Positions 11,978 through 24,759 are shown, counted from the stretch's first letter. The stretch is 64,000 bases of DNA from Salpingoeca rosetta (GCA_033442325.1 JAWQFM010000008.1:248001-312000); one strand, 5' to 3'. Made by a program: numbers and translations. The notes: generated from the sequence alone by a model not told the origin.

Positions 11978-14574
11978 ATGGGCCGGCGAGGCAAGGGCGC
12001 AGCCGCGTCAAGAGGAGGAAACGCGGATGCAGAGGAACAAGAGCCAGTGTATGGCCGCGTGTTTGGCGATGCGGTGAGTGGACACACAAGCACTTGGTGA
12101 CTTGGTGTGACGTTCCACGCACTGCGCTGTGTGTGTGTGTGTGTGTGTGTGGGTGTGTGTGTGTGAATGTGTGTGTGTGAATGTGTGTGTGTGTGTGCCG
12201 ACAGCACGACGAGGACGATCTCGTGCGCACAGATATCCTCGACTACCAGGCACTCAGAGAAAAGGTGTGGTGCTGCATGCTGTGCTTTTGGTGACATGAT
12301 GCGATGCAATCTCGCTTCTGCAACTCACACTTCTTTTTGTGTGCCGACAGCACGAAGGCAGGCGCCCTTGCTCGCCCCTATCACACACACACACTCTCTC
12401 ACTGTGTCACTGTCTCTCACACGCAACGCACACACACTCACACTCTCTCTCACACTGTCTCACTGTCTCTCACACTCACACACGCAATCTTGCTCTCATT
12501 TACCACCATCAGGACCCCGGTGAACGCAATGCCTCGAGTGATGAGGATGACGACGATACCATGGCCGTGCTGGGCCTGGACCGCTACGACGAAGGCGATG
12601 ACGAGGATGAGGACGATGAGGACGATGCTGCTGCAGATGACTACGACTTTGGCGGGCGCGATGAGGACGATGGTGATGCTGCTGCTGCTGGTGACGACGA
12701 GGATGACAGTGACGGCCGCGCTCGCGTGGATCTGGCCATGCTGCGCGAAATGGGGGAAGACCTGCTTCTGCCAAGCAACATGGACTACATCAACAAGATG
12801 GCGGGGTACAACCAACACGGCGACATTGTGGACCGCAAGAACGCCGAGGCGAAGCAGGAGGCGTTTCTGAACCGCTGGGGGTCGAACAAGCAGGTGTTCT
12901 ACGGCACCAACTACGTGGACCACGACTTCAAGCACAACGACGAGGAGCTGCAGGAGGCGAAAGACGAGGAGGTGGAGGCCCTGCGACTGCAGAAGCAGCA
13001 AGCCGAGGCAATGGACGAGGGCGACTTTGATGCGCTTCTGCCTGCAGCTGTCAAGGAGACCGGCGTGGCAGCACAACAGCAGCAGCAGCAACAAGGCGCG
13101 CATCCGCTGGAAGCGCTGGACGACCAGCCCGTCACCGTGGAACGCGACCTCTCCCAACTCACACAGAAGCAGCGCATGAAGATGCTGCGCAAGGCTCTTC
13201 CCGAGCTCGCCAGACACACTGCATTCATGCAGCAGCAGGTACAGCGTGTGTGTGCGGTGTGCGTGCGCGTGCGTGTGCGTGTGTGTGTGTGTGTGCGTGT
13301 GCGTGCGCGTGCGTGTGTGTGTAGTGTGGTGTGCGTGTGTGTGTGTGGTGTGCGTTGGCTGTGGTCTTGCACGGGCATGCGCCTTTCAGCGGTTTTGAGC
13401 GTTGCTGTGGTCTTCCTCCCTCCCTTCTCTCTTCCCCACCCTCCTCTCTCACTTGTAACACATCACCCCTACATTGACCATGCTCGCTGCCTCCCTGCAC
13501 ATCATTCTCACCCCAAGACTCCCAACCCCCTTGTTGCGCCAGGTTGTGCGATTGCGGGAGGTGCTTGAGCCGCTGCATCAGCGGATACAGAAGCTGTCCA
13601 AGGCGGCCGAGTTGCCGCAGTGGGCAGAGTACGTGGTCTTCCAGTACAAGCTGGCCACGGCCTACACAACCAACGTGCTGTACCTCATCTATGCGCAGGC
13701 CAAGGGCACGCTGCGGCAGTCGCACCCGAGCTACACGGCGTGCAGCACGCTGCGGACGGGTCTGGAGGCGACGTCGTCGGCAGCCATCGACGAGCGGCTG
13801 GCACGCGTCATATCCGGGGACGAGGACGCGGAGGAGGAACCCGTGCCCGCAACAGCGGCAGAGGCGATGCTGGCAGAGGAAGAGAGCGCAGAGGAGGAGG
13901 AGGACGAGGACGAGGAGGGAGGACAGGATCTGGACGAAGCCGCCCTCAACAAGGCGGCACTCAAGCTGTACAAGAAGGCAGCAAAGCTGGCAAAGGACAA
14001 GAAGAAGCGCAAGCAACAAAAGTACGTGTCTCTGTGCTTGCGTGTGTGTGTGTGTGTGTGTGCTTGTGTATTTACATGTGCGTCGAATGACGTTGCCTTT
14101 TCTCCTCCTCTTCTTCTCTTTTCTCCTCCTTTTCCTTCTCTCCCCTCCTTCTCGTCGTTCCTCCTCTTCCTTCCCTTCCTTCCCCCTCCCCTCGCTCCTT
14201 GCTCTTGTCCCTTCCCCTCCTGTCCCTCTTCCCCCCCCCCTCAATCACGCGCACTAGTGTTGCCCGTTGCGTTTTCTTGTCACATAAGCTTCGGGGGTCA
14301 AACGTGCGCAACATTGACTGCCATATTTTTTCGATGTCGGCTTCGCGCCAGTGCTGTTGCGGCCTGCACACTTGTCTTGTGTGCTTGCCGCGCCTGCTGC
14401 TGCTGTGCTGTCTCACCAGCAGCTATCGCACTGGCGTGTTGATACTCCTCTCTCCCTCTACTCTTGCTTTTGCGAGTTGTCCTCAGTGCGTGATCCCTTT
14501 TATTTCCTTCAGCTCCCCTCTTCCCCCCTCCTTTCCTTTGCTTTGACCATTTGGCGTTTCATTTCATCTCTTTA

Positions 14575-14672
<98 letters not shown>

Positions 14673-14936
14673 CGGGATGCGATTGTCAAGGCACGGCTTG
14701 GGCAGGGCGAGGACGGGGCGCGCGCCATCACGTACGCCATCCAGAAGAACAAGGGCCTGCTGCCGTCGCGCAAGAAGGAATACCGCAACCCGCGCATTCG
14801 CCAGCGCAACAAGTACAAGCGCGCGCAGAAGAAGCGGCGCGGCGTGGTCAAGGAGGCCGTCAAGGAGATTCCAAAGGACAGCGGCAGCCGCACCGGTATC
14901 TCCAGGACCACCATCAAGTCAACCCGCCTGTCGTGA
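11978..14936 (+). CDS. UTP3: SSU processome component SAS10/UTP3
   Basis: Acidic N-terminus, WGSNKQVFYG..EEVEALRLQKQQAEAMDEGDF, and Sas10 C-terminal domain RAITYAIQKNKGLLPSRKKEYRNPRIRQRNKY..TGISRTTIKSTRLS*. Confidence 0.9.
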
Positions 14937-15059
14937 TCACAGCCACGCTTGCTGTTGTTGCTGGCGGTGGTGGCGGCATTCTTTTATTTTCTTGAACCTT
15001 GACTTATCATTAAACGCCGTAATCGAACATGCCCTTGTATGCACGTAAGCAGGCACACA

Positions 15060-15146
<87 letters not shown>

Positions 15147-15191
15147 CCAACTTGCGTTTATGTTTTCTAATGATTGCCAAAATTTTGGTAT

Positions 15192-15264
15192 GATTCTGTG
15201 GTCTAGTGGTGAGGACGTTGGTCTTACACACCAAAGATCGCCGGTTCGATCCCGGCCAGAATCA
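15192..15264 (+). tRNA. tRNA-Val (TAC)
   Basis: GATTCTG..TTGGT-CT-TAC-AC-ACCAA..GGTTCGATCCC..CAGAATCA cloverleaf, followed by an oligo-T terminator. Confidence 0.95.
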
Positions 15265-15475
15265 CTCGATTTTTTTTTGTTCTCCGATTTTGTTGGCTTC
15301 TTGGGTGTTTTTTTTTTTCTTCTTCTTGCTTTGTTGCTTTGCGTGTTTGGCGCCACTGACCACCACGAGAGCGAGGCAAACCCACCAACAACCAACGAAC
15401 CGTGCACAGAAGCCAAACAACAACCACCAACAACAACCAACCACCACCAGTCTTCCACTGCACTCCAAACCAGAC

Positions 15476-17107
15476 ATGGGTGACACGGCTGACGCGGCGA
15501 CGACAGTAGCGACAACGAAGGCAGAGGTGCCGGCGGTTCCAGCGTCACAGAACGACGACCAAGATTCCACGGCTGAGGCCAAGAAGGAGGTGCGCGTTGA
15601 TGGCGAGAACGGTCACGATGAAAACGACAACAACAACGACGATGACAAGAACGACAAGAACGACGACAGCAACAGTGATGAGGATGACGATGATGTGCCC
15701 CTGTTTGAGGCCAACTTGATCGTTCAGGGCAAGCGGGAACGCAAGAAGCCGCAAAACCTGCTTGAGCAGCTGAGCAAGGAAGCCAAGACAAAGAAACCAA
15801 AACAGAACGAGCAAGGTCAGGGCAGCGCAGAGCCGCTGGGCAGCAACGAGGTCATCGAGGCGTTCCTCACCAGGCACAAGGCCGACCAGCTCACGGAGAT
15901 CCACCGCTTCTTGTATGGCAAGCCGGGCACCCGCAATGCACGCAAGAAGAGTATCCGCGAGTTCCGCGGCTTCCCGGAGGACATGCCAGACATGCTGCGC
16001 CAACGACGCCGCGACCATCTTGCCAAGAAGCCTCTCAAGGTGCTCAAGGACCTGTGCCAAGGCCTGGACATTTCCGTCACAGGCAAAAAGGACGAGATCT
16101 TGGACACCATCATGGAGTGGGCCAGCAACCCCAAGCCCTCCGGCTCGGCCGCGGGGCTGAAGAAAAGAAAGAAGAAGGCCGCGCGCAAGGGGAGCACCAA
16201 GGGTAAACAGCAGAAGAAGGCACCTGCCTCGTCCCCGCGCACCACGTCCGCCAAGCGCAAGAGCACGGGCGCAGCCAAGGAGCCGCTGTCTGCGTTTCAG
16301 CTGTTTCTCAAGGACTCCATCGCCGCCTACCGCCGCGACAACCCGGAGGCGAGCATCGTGGAGACGAACCAGGCCCTGCGCAGCAAGTGGGACGGCATGG
16401 CGAGCGACGAGCGCCAGGCGTACGAGGACGCGGCCGCACTGGAGCGGCGGCTGGCCGAGGAGGCAAGCGAGTCACCAGCGAAGAAGAGCAAGGCCACGAC
16501 GCCAGCCAGCAAGCGCGGGAGGAAGGCGGTGTCAACCAAGGGCAAGCGCAGCGGTGGCCCTGGCGGCAAGAAGGCGGGCGGAAGGAAGGCAAGCACAACG
16601 AAGGGCATTCGCAGCACGCTCTCCAATGAGCAGGTGGTGAGCGATGACAGTGATGTGGGTGAGGAGGAAGAAGAGGACGAGAAGAAGCAGACCAAGGAAA
16701 CAAAGTCCATGGACGAGGAAGAAGATGGTGATGCTGAGGGCGATGATGATGAGGACGATGATGATGAGGACGATGATGATGAGGGTGACGATGGGCAAGA
16801 AGCCAAGGAGACAAAGCAGGCTGGCAAGAAGCAGCAAGCAAAGGCGATCAGTGATGATGAAGACGAGGAGGAGGACGAAGACGAAGACGAAGACGATGGT
16901 GGCGATGGTGATGGCGGCAGCTCACCCACCGACAAGCACATCCGTGATGCGGTGTTTGAAACGCTGAAGGGCCATGATCTCTCCACCATGACGAAGAAGA
17001 AGGTCAAAGCAGCCATTTCCGACAAGTTTCCAAACGTTGACTTGACGGACAAGACCGACGTCATTGTCGCCGCCATCACCGACTATGTCAACGAACACAG
17101 CGCCTGA
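15476..17107 (+). CDS. DEK: DEK-like chromatin protein (pseudo-SAP/SAP, HMG box, DEK_C), single exon
   Basis: IVQGKRERKK; HRFLYGKPG..RKKSIREFRGF; SAP LKDLCQGLDISVTGKKDEILDTIMEW; HMG box KEPLSAFQLFLKD..ALRSKWDGMASDERQAYE; DEK_C PTDKHIRDAVFETLKGHDLSTMTKKKV..DLTDK. Confidence 0.85.
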   Translation: MGDTADAATTVATTKAEVPAVPASQNDDQDSTAEAKKEVRVDGENGHDENDNNNDDDKNDKNDDSNSDEDDDDVPLFEANLIVQGKRERKKPQNLLEQLSKEAKTKKPKQNEQGQGSAEPLGSNEVIEAFLTRHKADQLTEIHRFLYGKPGTRNARKKSIREFRGFPEDMPDMLRQRRRDHLAKKPLKVLKDLCQGLDISVTGKKDEILDTIMEWASNPKPSGSAAGLKKRKKKAARKGSTKGKQQKKAPASSPRTTSAKRKSTGAAKEPLSAFQLFLKDSIAAYRRDNPEASIVETNQALRSKWDGMASDERQAYEDAAALERRLAEEASESPAKKSKATTPASKRGRKAVSTKGKRSGGPGGKKAGGRKASTTKGIRSTLSNEQVVSDDSDVGEEEEEDEKKQTKETKSMDEEEDGDAEGDDDEDDDDEDDDDEGDDGQEAKETKQAGKKQQAKAISDDEDEEEDEDEDEDDGGDGDGGSSPTDKHIRDAVFETLKGHDLSTMTKKKVKAAISDKFPNVDLTDKTDVIVAAITDYVNEHSA

Positions 17108-17683
17108 TGTGCGCGCGTGTGCACCCATGTGTTGTGTGTGTTGCGTGGGGTGTGTCTGTGTGTCTGTGTGTCTGTGTGACTGTGTGTGTGTGTGTGTGTG
17201 TGTGTGTTGTGTGTGTCTGTGTCTGTGTCGCTTGCACTTCTCGTCCTCTTGTGTGTGATTCGCACTGCATTTCTTCCTGCTTGCTTGGTTTGCGCGCGCG
17301 CGCGTGTGTGTATGGTTTTACGTGTAACCCGCATCAAGGCTGAGATGCTCTGCTCTGTACAAGCAACTTCGACACGCGCACGCAATGCCATACAACCAGC
17401 AATAACACGCATTGCATTGAATTGCAATGCAATGCGTACAGGCAATCAGGAAATAGGGATGAAGCGCAACAACAAGGGGGAACACAGAATAACAGCAGCA
17501 CACACTCCCTGCACAGTCAAGTGATAATCTAACGAAAGGAACAGGTGGCACACCTCGCATCATGACAAGCATGCATGTGTCGTAACGACATGTAACATGT
17601 GTGTGGCACTGTGGCATTGGTGTCGACAGCATGTACCGTTGCGCCGGAGCAAGCCGCATCACATCACATCACATCACTTCACT

Positions 17684-17817
17684 TCAGGTCAGCTTCTGCA
17701 TGAGTTCATCGCGCTGTGCAGCCAATCGCGCCAATGTCGCCTCAAGCTGGCGTCTCTGCATGTATGTGTGTGCGTGCGTGTGTGTGTATGTGTGTGCGTG
17801 CGTGTGTGTGTGTGTGC

Positions 17818-17905
<88 letters not shown>

Positions 17906-18188
17906 GCGTGCGTGCGTGTGTGTGTGTGTGTGTGTGTGAAGAAAGGCATCAGGAAAACAAACAACATTTACTCCGCCCCTCCCTCCCTTCCGTATTCAGA
18001 CTCTGTGCAAAAGGCCACAAACTCAGCACATGCGTGTCGTGGGCCCACACCTTTGTCTGCTTTGCGCGATCAGATGGACTTTGAACGGCGGTGGCTCTTG
18101 GTTCCAGCGCCGTGCGCAGAGAGGATAGAAACTCCTCTTCTTCCCGCTGCATTGCTCGCACGCGTTCAATGTCGCGCTGTAGCTGCTC

Positions 18189-18234
<46 letters not shown>

Positions 18235-18544
18235 GCGAATGGAAGGTTCCGTGAGTTGTGATGTTTTCGCAAACAACAAGCACCCAAGCGGCACAATAAG
18301 CCAAACACACACGCACCTTTGACTTTCGTTCTGCGTGTGCCTTGAGAGTGGCTGTTGTGGCGGACAGAGATGACACGGTTTCGTCGTGCTCCTTCTGCAG
18401 CGACTCAACGCGCCGCCGCAGTGACCCAAGCTGCAACAATACGTCAGGTGGGGTGGACGTGGCGAGGTGAATGTGTGTGTGTGTGTGTGAGTGTGTGAGT
18501 AAGTGAATGAGTGAGTGAATGAGTGAGTGAATGAATGAGTGAAT

Positions 18545-18590
<46 letters not shown>

Positions 18591-19437
18591 GCGCACGTCA
18601 TTTGTTCGCACACCCATACACACACACATTCACAGCGCGCAAGCACGCATGTACTGCTTGACAGAAAGACAAGGCTTTGAGTGCCCACCTGTTCGTCAAC
18701 CATCCGTTGGGTGTCGCCAAGTCGCTGTTGCAGCAGAGCGCGTTGCTCCTCCAACTGCTGTGCAATCAGCAGTGAATACTGCTCATGCAAGCAGGCAGAG
18801 ACACGAGACAGGAAGAGATGAAGGCATGCCCGCTTGCTTGCTACGCACAGAATGCAGACAGAGATAGCACGCAGATACACACATATACAACGCATGCCCA
18901 TATAATGTCCACAAATACGCACACCTACACATACACACACAAGTACACATACGCACACTCACATACACATGCACACACTCACACTCACATACACGTACAC
19001 ACACAAGTACACATACGCACACTCACATACACATGCACACACTCACACTCACAAACCTCGAGCTGGAGGGACTCCTGTTTCTCGGCGGCGCGGGGATCGA
19101 CGACATCGGCAGCCTCGCTGGACTGAACAGCGTCTGTCGAGCCAACGTAGGAGTCTGATGATGGGCGCGAATGTGCCATGGTAGGCGATGGGAGGCAATG
19201 AGAGGGGCATATGAAGGTGGCAGGTGGCTGCTAGCAAGCACGCGCGCGTATTCACAAACACACACACAGCTACGCACATACACACCTTGCTTGTAGTCCC
19301 ACACTCGACCGGTGTCCAGTTGTCGTACGAGTGCGTGCGAAGTCTGGAGATAATGCCTGACAACACCAAACATGACAACACGAGCGTTAGTGACGGCAAT
19401 GCAGAAGACCACCACCACCATCATTATCATCATCATT

Positions 19438-19506
<69 letters not shown>

Positions 19507-20677
19507 GTTGATGTCTCACAGCCCCACGAGAAGAAAGGAGCACGCGTGTTGGGCGTACTCGAGCGCGTGTTGTCTTGACTGCGCTGCGGCGTTGGGATCA
19601 GCGCCATCCCACTGGCGCCGGCCACAGCCGACAAACCCGCAGTTGAGGCACATCCATAAGTTCTACACGTCAACATGCGTGCATGGGGGTGCAATAAGAG
19701 ACAACCAGAAGCATAAGTACGGGCCACACACGCACATATGCACAGCACGCACAAGAAACGCACACACGCACACACGCACACGCAAGTAAAGCACGCACAC
19801 ACACACACACGCACAAGAAAAGCACACACGCACACATGCACACACGCACACGTCCACAAGTACAGCACACCTTGGTTGCGTGGCACTGGAGGCATCGGGG
19901 CTGATCGTCAAACATGACTTGTGTCTTGCGACACACGGGGCAAGTGGCATCCACGTACTTGCGCAGGCATTCTGCATGGAAGCTGTGCTCGCAAAACGTG
20001 GTGGCCACACATTGCCGGTCATCCCACAGCAGCTCCAAGCAGATGGGGCACCGCTCCGCCCCGGGCGCAAACGGAGACTCGCGCTGCAGCAGGCGATGCT
20101 GCTGATCAATAACAAGGCCGTCTCCTCCTCCTCCTCCTCCTCCTCCTCCACTGCCCCACGTGCGTCGTTGCTGTGTCTGTGGCTGCTGTTGTTTCTGATG
20201 GGGGTGTGGTGTGTGAGCCAGCGCTTCAGCGCTTGGAACGCGCACGTGCTCCATGTCAGGCTGTTCTTGATGTTGCGACTCCTGCGTGTGCCGCATACCT
20301 GCTCCCTCAGTGCCACCAGCCTGTGCTTTGCTGCCCGCTCGCAGTGGCGTGGGCCGCTTTGGTTCCCTCTCGCGCGAATCCTTTGCTGATTGCTGCCTGT
20401 GCTGCTGTGGTTGTTGGTGTGCTGGGGCGCCGGTGACTGCGCCGATGGTGACGGTACATGGTCCGTTCACCAGCGAGGAGGCGGAAAAGTCCCTGTAGTA
20501 CTGCAGGAACGACTGGACCGGTGCATCTGCCTTCAGCACCACACGCACATGGGCGCTGTCCTCCCGAATCGCATCGGCAAAGATGATCCGCGACAGCGCA
20601 TAGAACCACGGCGCAAGGTGGGTCAGCACATCTGCACTGTCCAGTACACCATGCAGCAGCATGTCCACATGCACCAT
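17684..20677 (-). CDS. BRAP: BRCA1-associated protein BRAP/IMP-like E3 ligase (BRAP2 domain, RING, ZnF-UBP, coiled coil)
   Basis: RING CPICLE..CEHSFHAECL..CPVCR; ZnF-UBP CLQC..LWMCLNCGFVGCGR..TSHALVRQLDTGRVWDY; YSLLIAQQLEEQR; last exon ..QRDELMQKLT*. Confidence 0.85.
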
Positions 20678-20824
20678 CGTCGTCGTTGTCGTCGTCGTTG
20701 TTGTGGTTGTGGGGTGTCATCAATAATGGACACCAGAGTGCACGACGTTTGAGGTGCATCATAAATAATTTTCGCTTATGAATGCAGGCAAATTCAAACC
20801 ACCAAACAAACTGAAGCAGCGAAG

Positions 20825-21052
20825 ATGTCGTCGCAGGTGAGTGAGGGCTTCCTTCGTTGACGGGCGAGGGATACATTCAACGTGTCTTCTTGCAGCACAC
20901 AGCGTGTATGATAGTGACGGCCCAGCATCACTTGTTGTCGAAACACTTGCCAGCTCTATTGTGTGCTAGCACAAATGCGCGCGCTTTTTGAGTTGCTCAC
21001 ACATGTACGCCTGCACACACACACACATGATGCACACACACACACACATGAT

Positions 21053-21085
<33 letters not shown>

Positions 21086-21908
21086 ATGCACGATGCAAGG
21101 GGGAGGTGCCAAGCAACAACGCCGCTGGGTCCACGTCCAGCTCTGAAAGGGGGAAAACCAAAGAGCCTGAGCTCATGACAAGCCTGCCAACAATGTGCCG
21201 AGAAGACGCATGTATGGTTATGTGCATGTACATGTGCGCACCTGTGTATGTGTGAGTGTGTGCACCTGTGTATGCGTGAGTGTGTTCACCTGTGTGTATG
21301 TGTGTATGTATGTGCTTGTGTGTCTATACGTGTGCATGTGTGTGTGTGCATGTGTGCGGTCGGAAAACATCATCAACACCCTCTTGGCGCCAAAGTGTCC
21401 ACGTGCACACCAGCCATAATCTCACTTTGTGGGCGCCTGCTATGCTTCGTTCAATCGACCCGCCCTTCTTGCTTTCAGGCTGGCGTTCTTGCGCGCGCAT
21501 ATTTGCAAGCAGCAACAGACGAGTACAACAACCTTTTGAGGGACGCTCAGCTAGGCCCCGACTCAGACTACTGCACTGATGTCGAGCAGATCAAAACAAT
21601 CGCCGCCAAGTACAAGCTCAAAGCCTCTCCTGTGTCACCAAAATCTGAGGCGCAGCAATATGTCGACAGCGTGCTGGAGGAGCCCTACACGGAAAACATC
21701 AAGAACCTGCTCAAGCAAGTCCGCAGTGTGCTTGATGAGAAAAAGACGCTGACGCCACAGGTGCCCTTGAAGGTTGCGGAAGGGTTCCTTCTGGAGCTTG
21801 ACAATGTGACACGCAAAGGGCTGTCCGAAGAGCAACGGCAGTTTCGACAAGGTGCGCCTGTCTCACTCTGCCTTGCATGTGCGGCTGTGTTACCAAATGA
21901 GCTGATGC

Positions 21909-21996
<88 letters not shown>

Positions 21997-22979
21997 ATCG
22001 GTGTTGTTAGATTACTGCGAGCGGCCCTGCGCTTGAGTGCTCTGGTTGACTGACACGTTGCTGGCAGATTGTTTTGAACTCATATTGGCTGTTTGATGTG
22101 GTTCGTGGCAGATTTGAAGTCAAGCGTAACCCCCAGCAGCGCTGCCAAGGAGAAGGAGAAGAACAAGGACTCGGCCCACAGAACAGTCTATGCGCAGCCG
22201 TTCTCTGCCGAGCTCTTGTGCCGAGACTGGCACCTGCACAACGAGGGGTTTCAAGACGCAGTCGACGAGGGCACAAACACGGGTAAGGTCGTTGTCGAGC
22301 ATGTGATTGCTTGCTGTGTACACGTGTACATGTGAGCGTCCTTTCCACGAGAGAACGTGGCATGTGTGTGTGTGTGTTTGTGTGTCGGTGCTGATGCATG
22401 ATGGTTGAGTCTTTGGCACTCGTGCGCGGGTGTGCTGGCACTGAAAGGGAATACCTCTCTGTCGCTCACACCGACGCTGCACCATGCATGCCCACCGCAC
22501 TGCAGGCTTTTCTGGCGTGTTTTGCACGCCGGAGACGCGGTTCAACGACCGCATGCAAGCGCCCCTCATCAGGGCGTGTGGTGATGCAAAAGTGGACGTC
22601 AAGAGTCACGCATCATTTGAGACTGACCCCGCTGTTGTCGCCGACTATGTTGTGCGTCTGATGTCAAACCTTGACTTCTACCCGCTGTTGATTGAGCTCA
22701 AGACCGATGGCAGCGAGCCGACGCAGGATGCTGCCAAGGCGCAGGTGCTGGAGTACGCATCACGGGCCATCAAGTCTGCGGGGCCGCAGTGGCGTAAGTT
22801 GAAGGGGTATTTGTTTCCCTTTGCCATCACCGTCTGCAACGATGAGGTGTCCGTGTACGCGTGCACGCTGGGCGATGAGGTGCACGGCCGCGAGGCCTTT
22901 CCCAGCATCCTCCACACAAAACTTGGCGACACCAAAGTGAGTTGCCACCGCATGTGCGAACAGTGAAGGGGGGGTGTGC

Positions 22980-23043
<64 letters not shown>

Positions 23044-24759
23044 GCACACATGATCCTGCACGTGCATCTGTGCAGTTGCTGTCGACTGGCTGTTGCCTTG
23101 TATACTGCTAATTCTCGTTGGACGCTGCGCTCACATTGGTTTCCTGTGCTGTGGACTTTAGTTGGAGAAACTCGGGAATGTCATTGAGTGGCTGCTTGAC
23201 GAAGAGCACATGGCGCATTACGAGAAGATTTCCGCCATTGCCCAGGTACCCATAGCAGGAGTGACTTGATGCCCACTTACTCTGTTGTCTTCTTGTCTTC
23301 TTGCTGTCTTGCTCGCTTGCTGCCTTGGTATTCTGCCATCATGGTACACCTCGCACACACACGCATATGCACACACACAAATCCTGTGTGCGTGCATGTA
23401 CCGTCTTTCTTTCCTTCAACAATCAACAATGATACTCACTTCCGCACTCGCACACACACACACACACACACATACGCCATGGCACAGGGAAAGGGGAGCG
23501 GTCTCACCTCCATTCGGGAGCACGAAGACGACGATGTGTCATCCGCGGCTGACGGTGGTGCGAACAACACAAGTAGCAACGGCGGTAGCAGCGGCAGCGC
23601 TAATGGGGATGTGCAGAATGAGGAAGAGCGCGACAAGGCAGCCACGCACACTGACACAGCAGCCAGAGGCAAGGACGGGCAGCAACAGCGTGCAGACACC
23701 GAAGCAGCACGGGCGAGGTCTGCCAAAGTTGCCACGAGATACAAGATGTGCGTCTACAAAGGCGGTAAAGATACAGCAGCGGTTGCAATGGTGAATGGCA
23801 AGATGCTGAAGGTGTGCGGCGGCCACCGCATCAGTGCTGCTGAGGAGGCTGCCAGGGAAGTGAAGGGCTGGCAATTGCTCTATCCACACAAGAAGGTGGA
23901 AGTGTACGAACGGTCACGCCCCGTCTTTGCCTGTCCCGATTTGTCACAGAAAAGAAGGAGCAATCGCAAGAGCACCGACGGCAAGAAGGCGCTTCATGGC
24001 ACGGGTATCAAGGACAAAGCGGGGCTTGCGGCCGCTGCTGAGTACCTCCTCCGCTTGTCGAAACGGGATCTATGCCACTGCGACATACGCTCGCACAACA
24101 TCCTGCGCAACGGCTGCATCGTCGACTTTGGTTTCCTGCGCGAGGCGGGTTCGCAGCTTCCCGAATCTTATTCCACGAAGCTGCGGGAGCGCCCTCGCAA
24201 GTGGCTGCTGCATCACGACGCAGAAGCGATTTCTGCAGACGTTGTTCTGGATTGGGAATCGCTGCTGTTTGCATACGTATTCTCCTCTACTTCTCTCTCC
24301 ACCGCCATGTACCGGTTGCTTGAGGGCAAGGCGTTCCTGTTGCAGTGGCTGGAGGCCAAGTTGGCCAAGTTGGACAAGAGCGACGACCAGACACCAGCAC
24401 TGCAGGACAAGAGCGACGACGATGACAAGAAGAAGGAGACAGCAGCACTGCAGGACAAGAGCGATGATGAGAAGAAGAAGGAGACAGCAGCACTGCAGGA
24501 CAAGAGCGACGACGACAAGAAGAAGGAGACAGCAGCACTGCAGGACAAGAGCGATGACGAGAAGAAGAAGGAGACAGCAGCACTGCAGGACAAGAGCGAC
24601 GATGACAAGAAGGAGACAGCAGCACTGCAGGACAAGAGCGACGATGAGAAGAAGAAGGAGACAGCAGCACTGCAGGACAAGAGCGACGATGAGAAGAAGG
24701 AGGAGACAGCAAAGCTGCTGCGCAACATTATGCAGCACATTGCTTGCGCGTACTTCTGA
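20825..24759 (+). CDS. PD-(D/E)xK restriction-endonuclease-fold domain fused to an atypical (FunK1/Crinkler-type) protein kinase with a C-terminal tandem repeat
   Basis: Exon ~22507-22936: PETRF..ADYVV..IELKT..AQVLEYA (E, D, ExK, QxxxY). Last exon: MLKV, AAREV, HCDIRSHNIL, IVDFG, DWESLLF. The 5' start (ATGTCGTCGCAG|GTGAGT at 20825) is inferred. Confidence 0.68.
24373..24711 (+). repeat. Coding tandem repeat, ~45-nt unit x8 (DKSDD[E/D]KKKETAALQ)
   Basis: Repeated gacaagagcga(c/t)ga..aagaaggagacagcagcactgcag, in frame in ORF 23266..24759. Confidence 0.95.

Noticed and set aside
15206-15475. N-terminal extension of the DEK ORF (and likewise 10171-10311 of the esterase ORF)
   Set aside because: These extensions begin at alternative start codons and run through tRNA genes and terminators; the downstream ATGs fit the protein families better.
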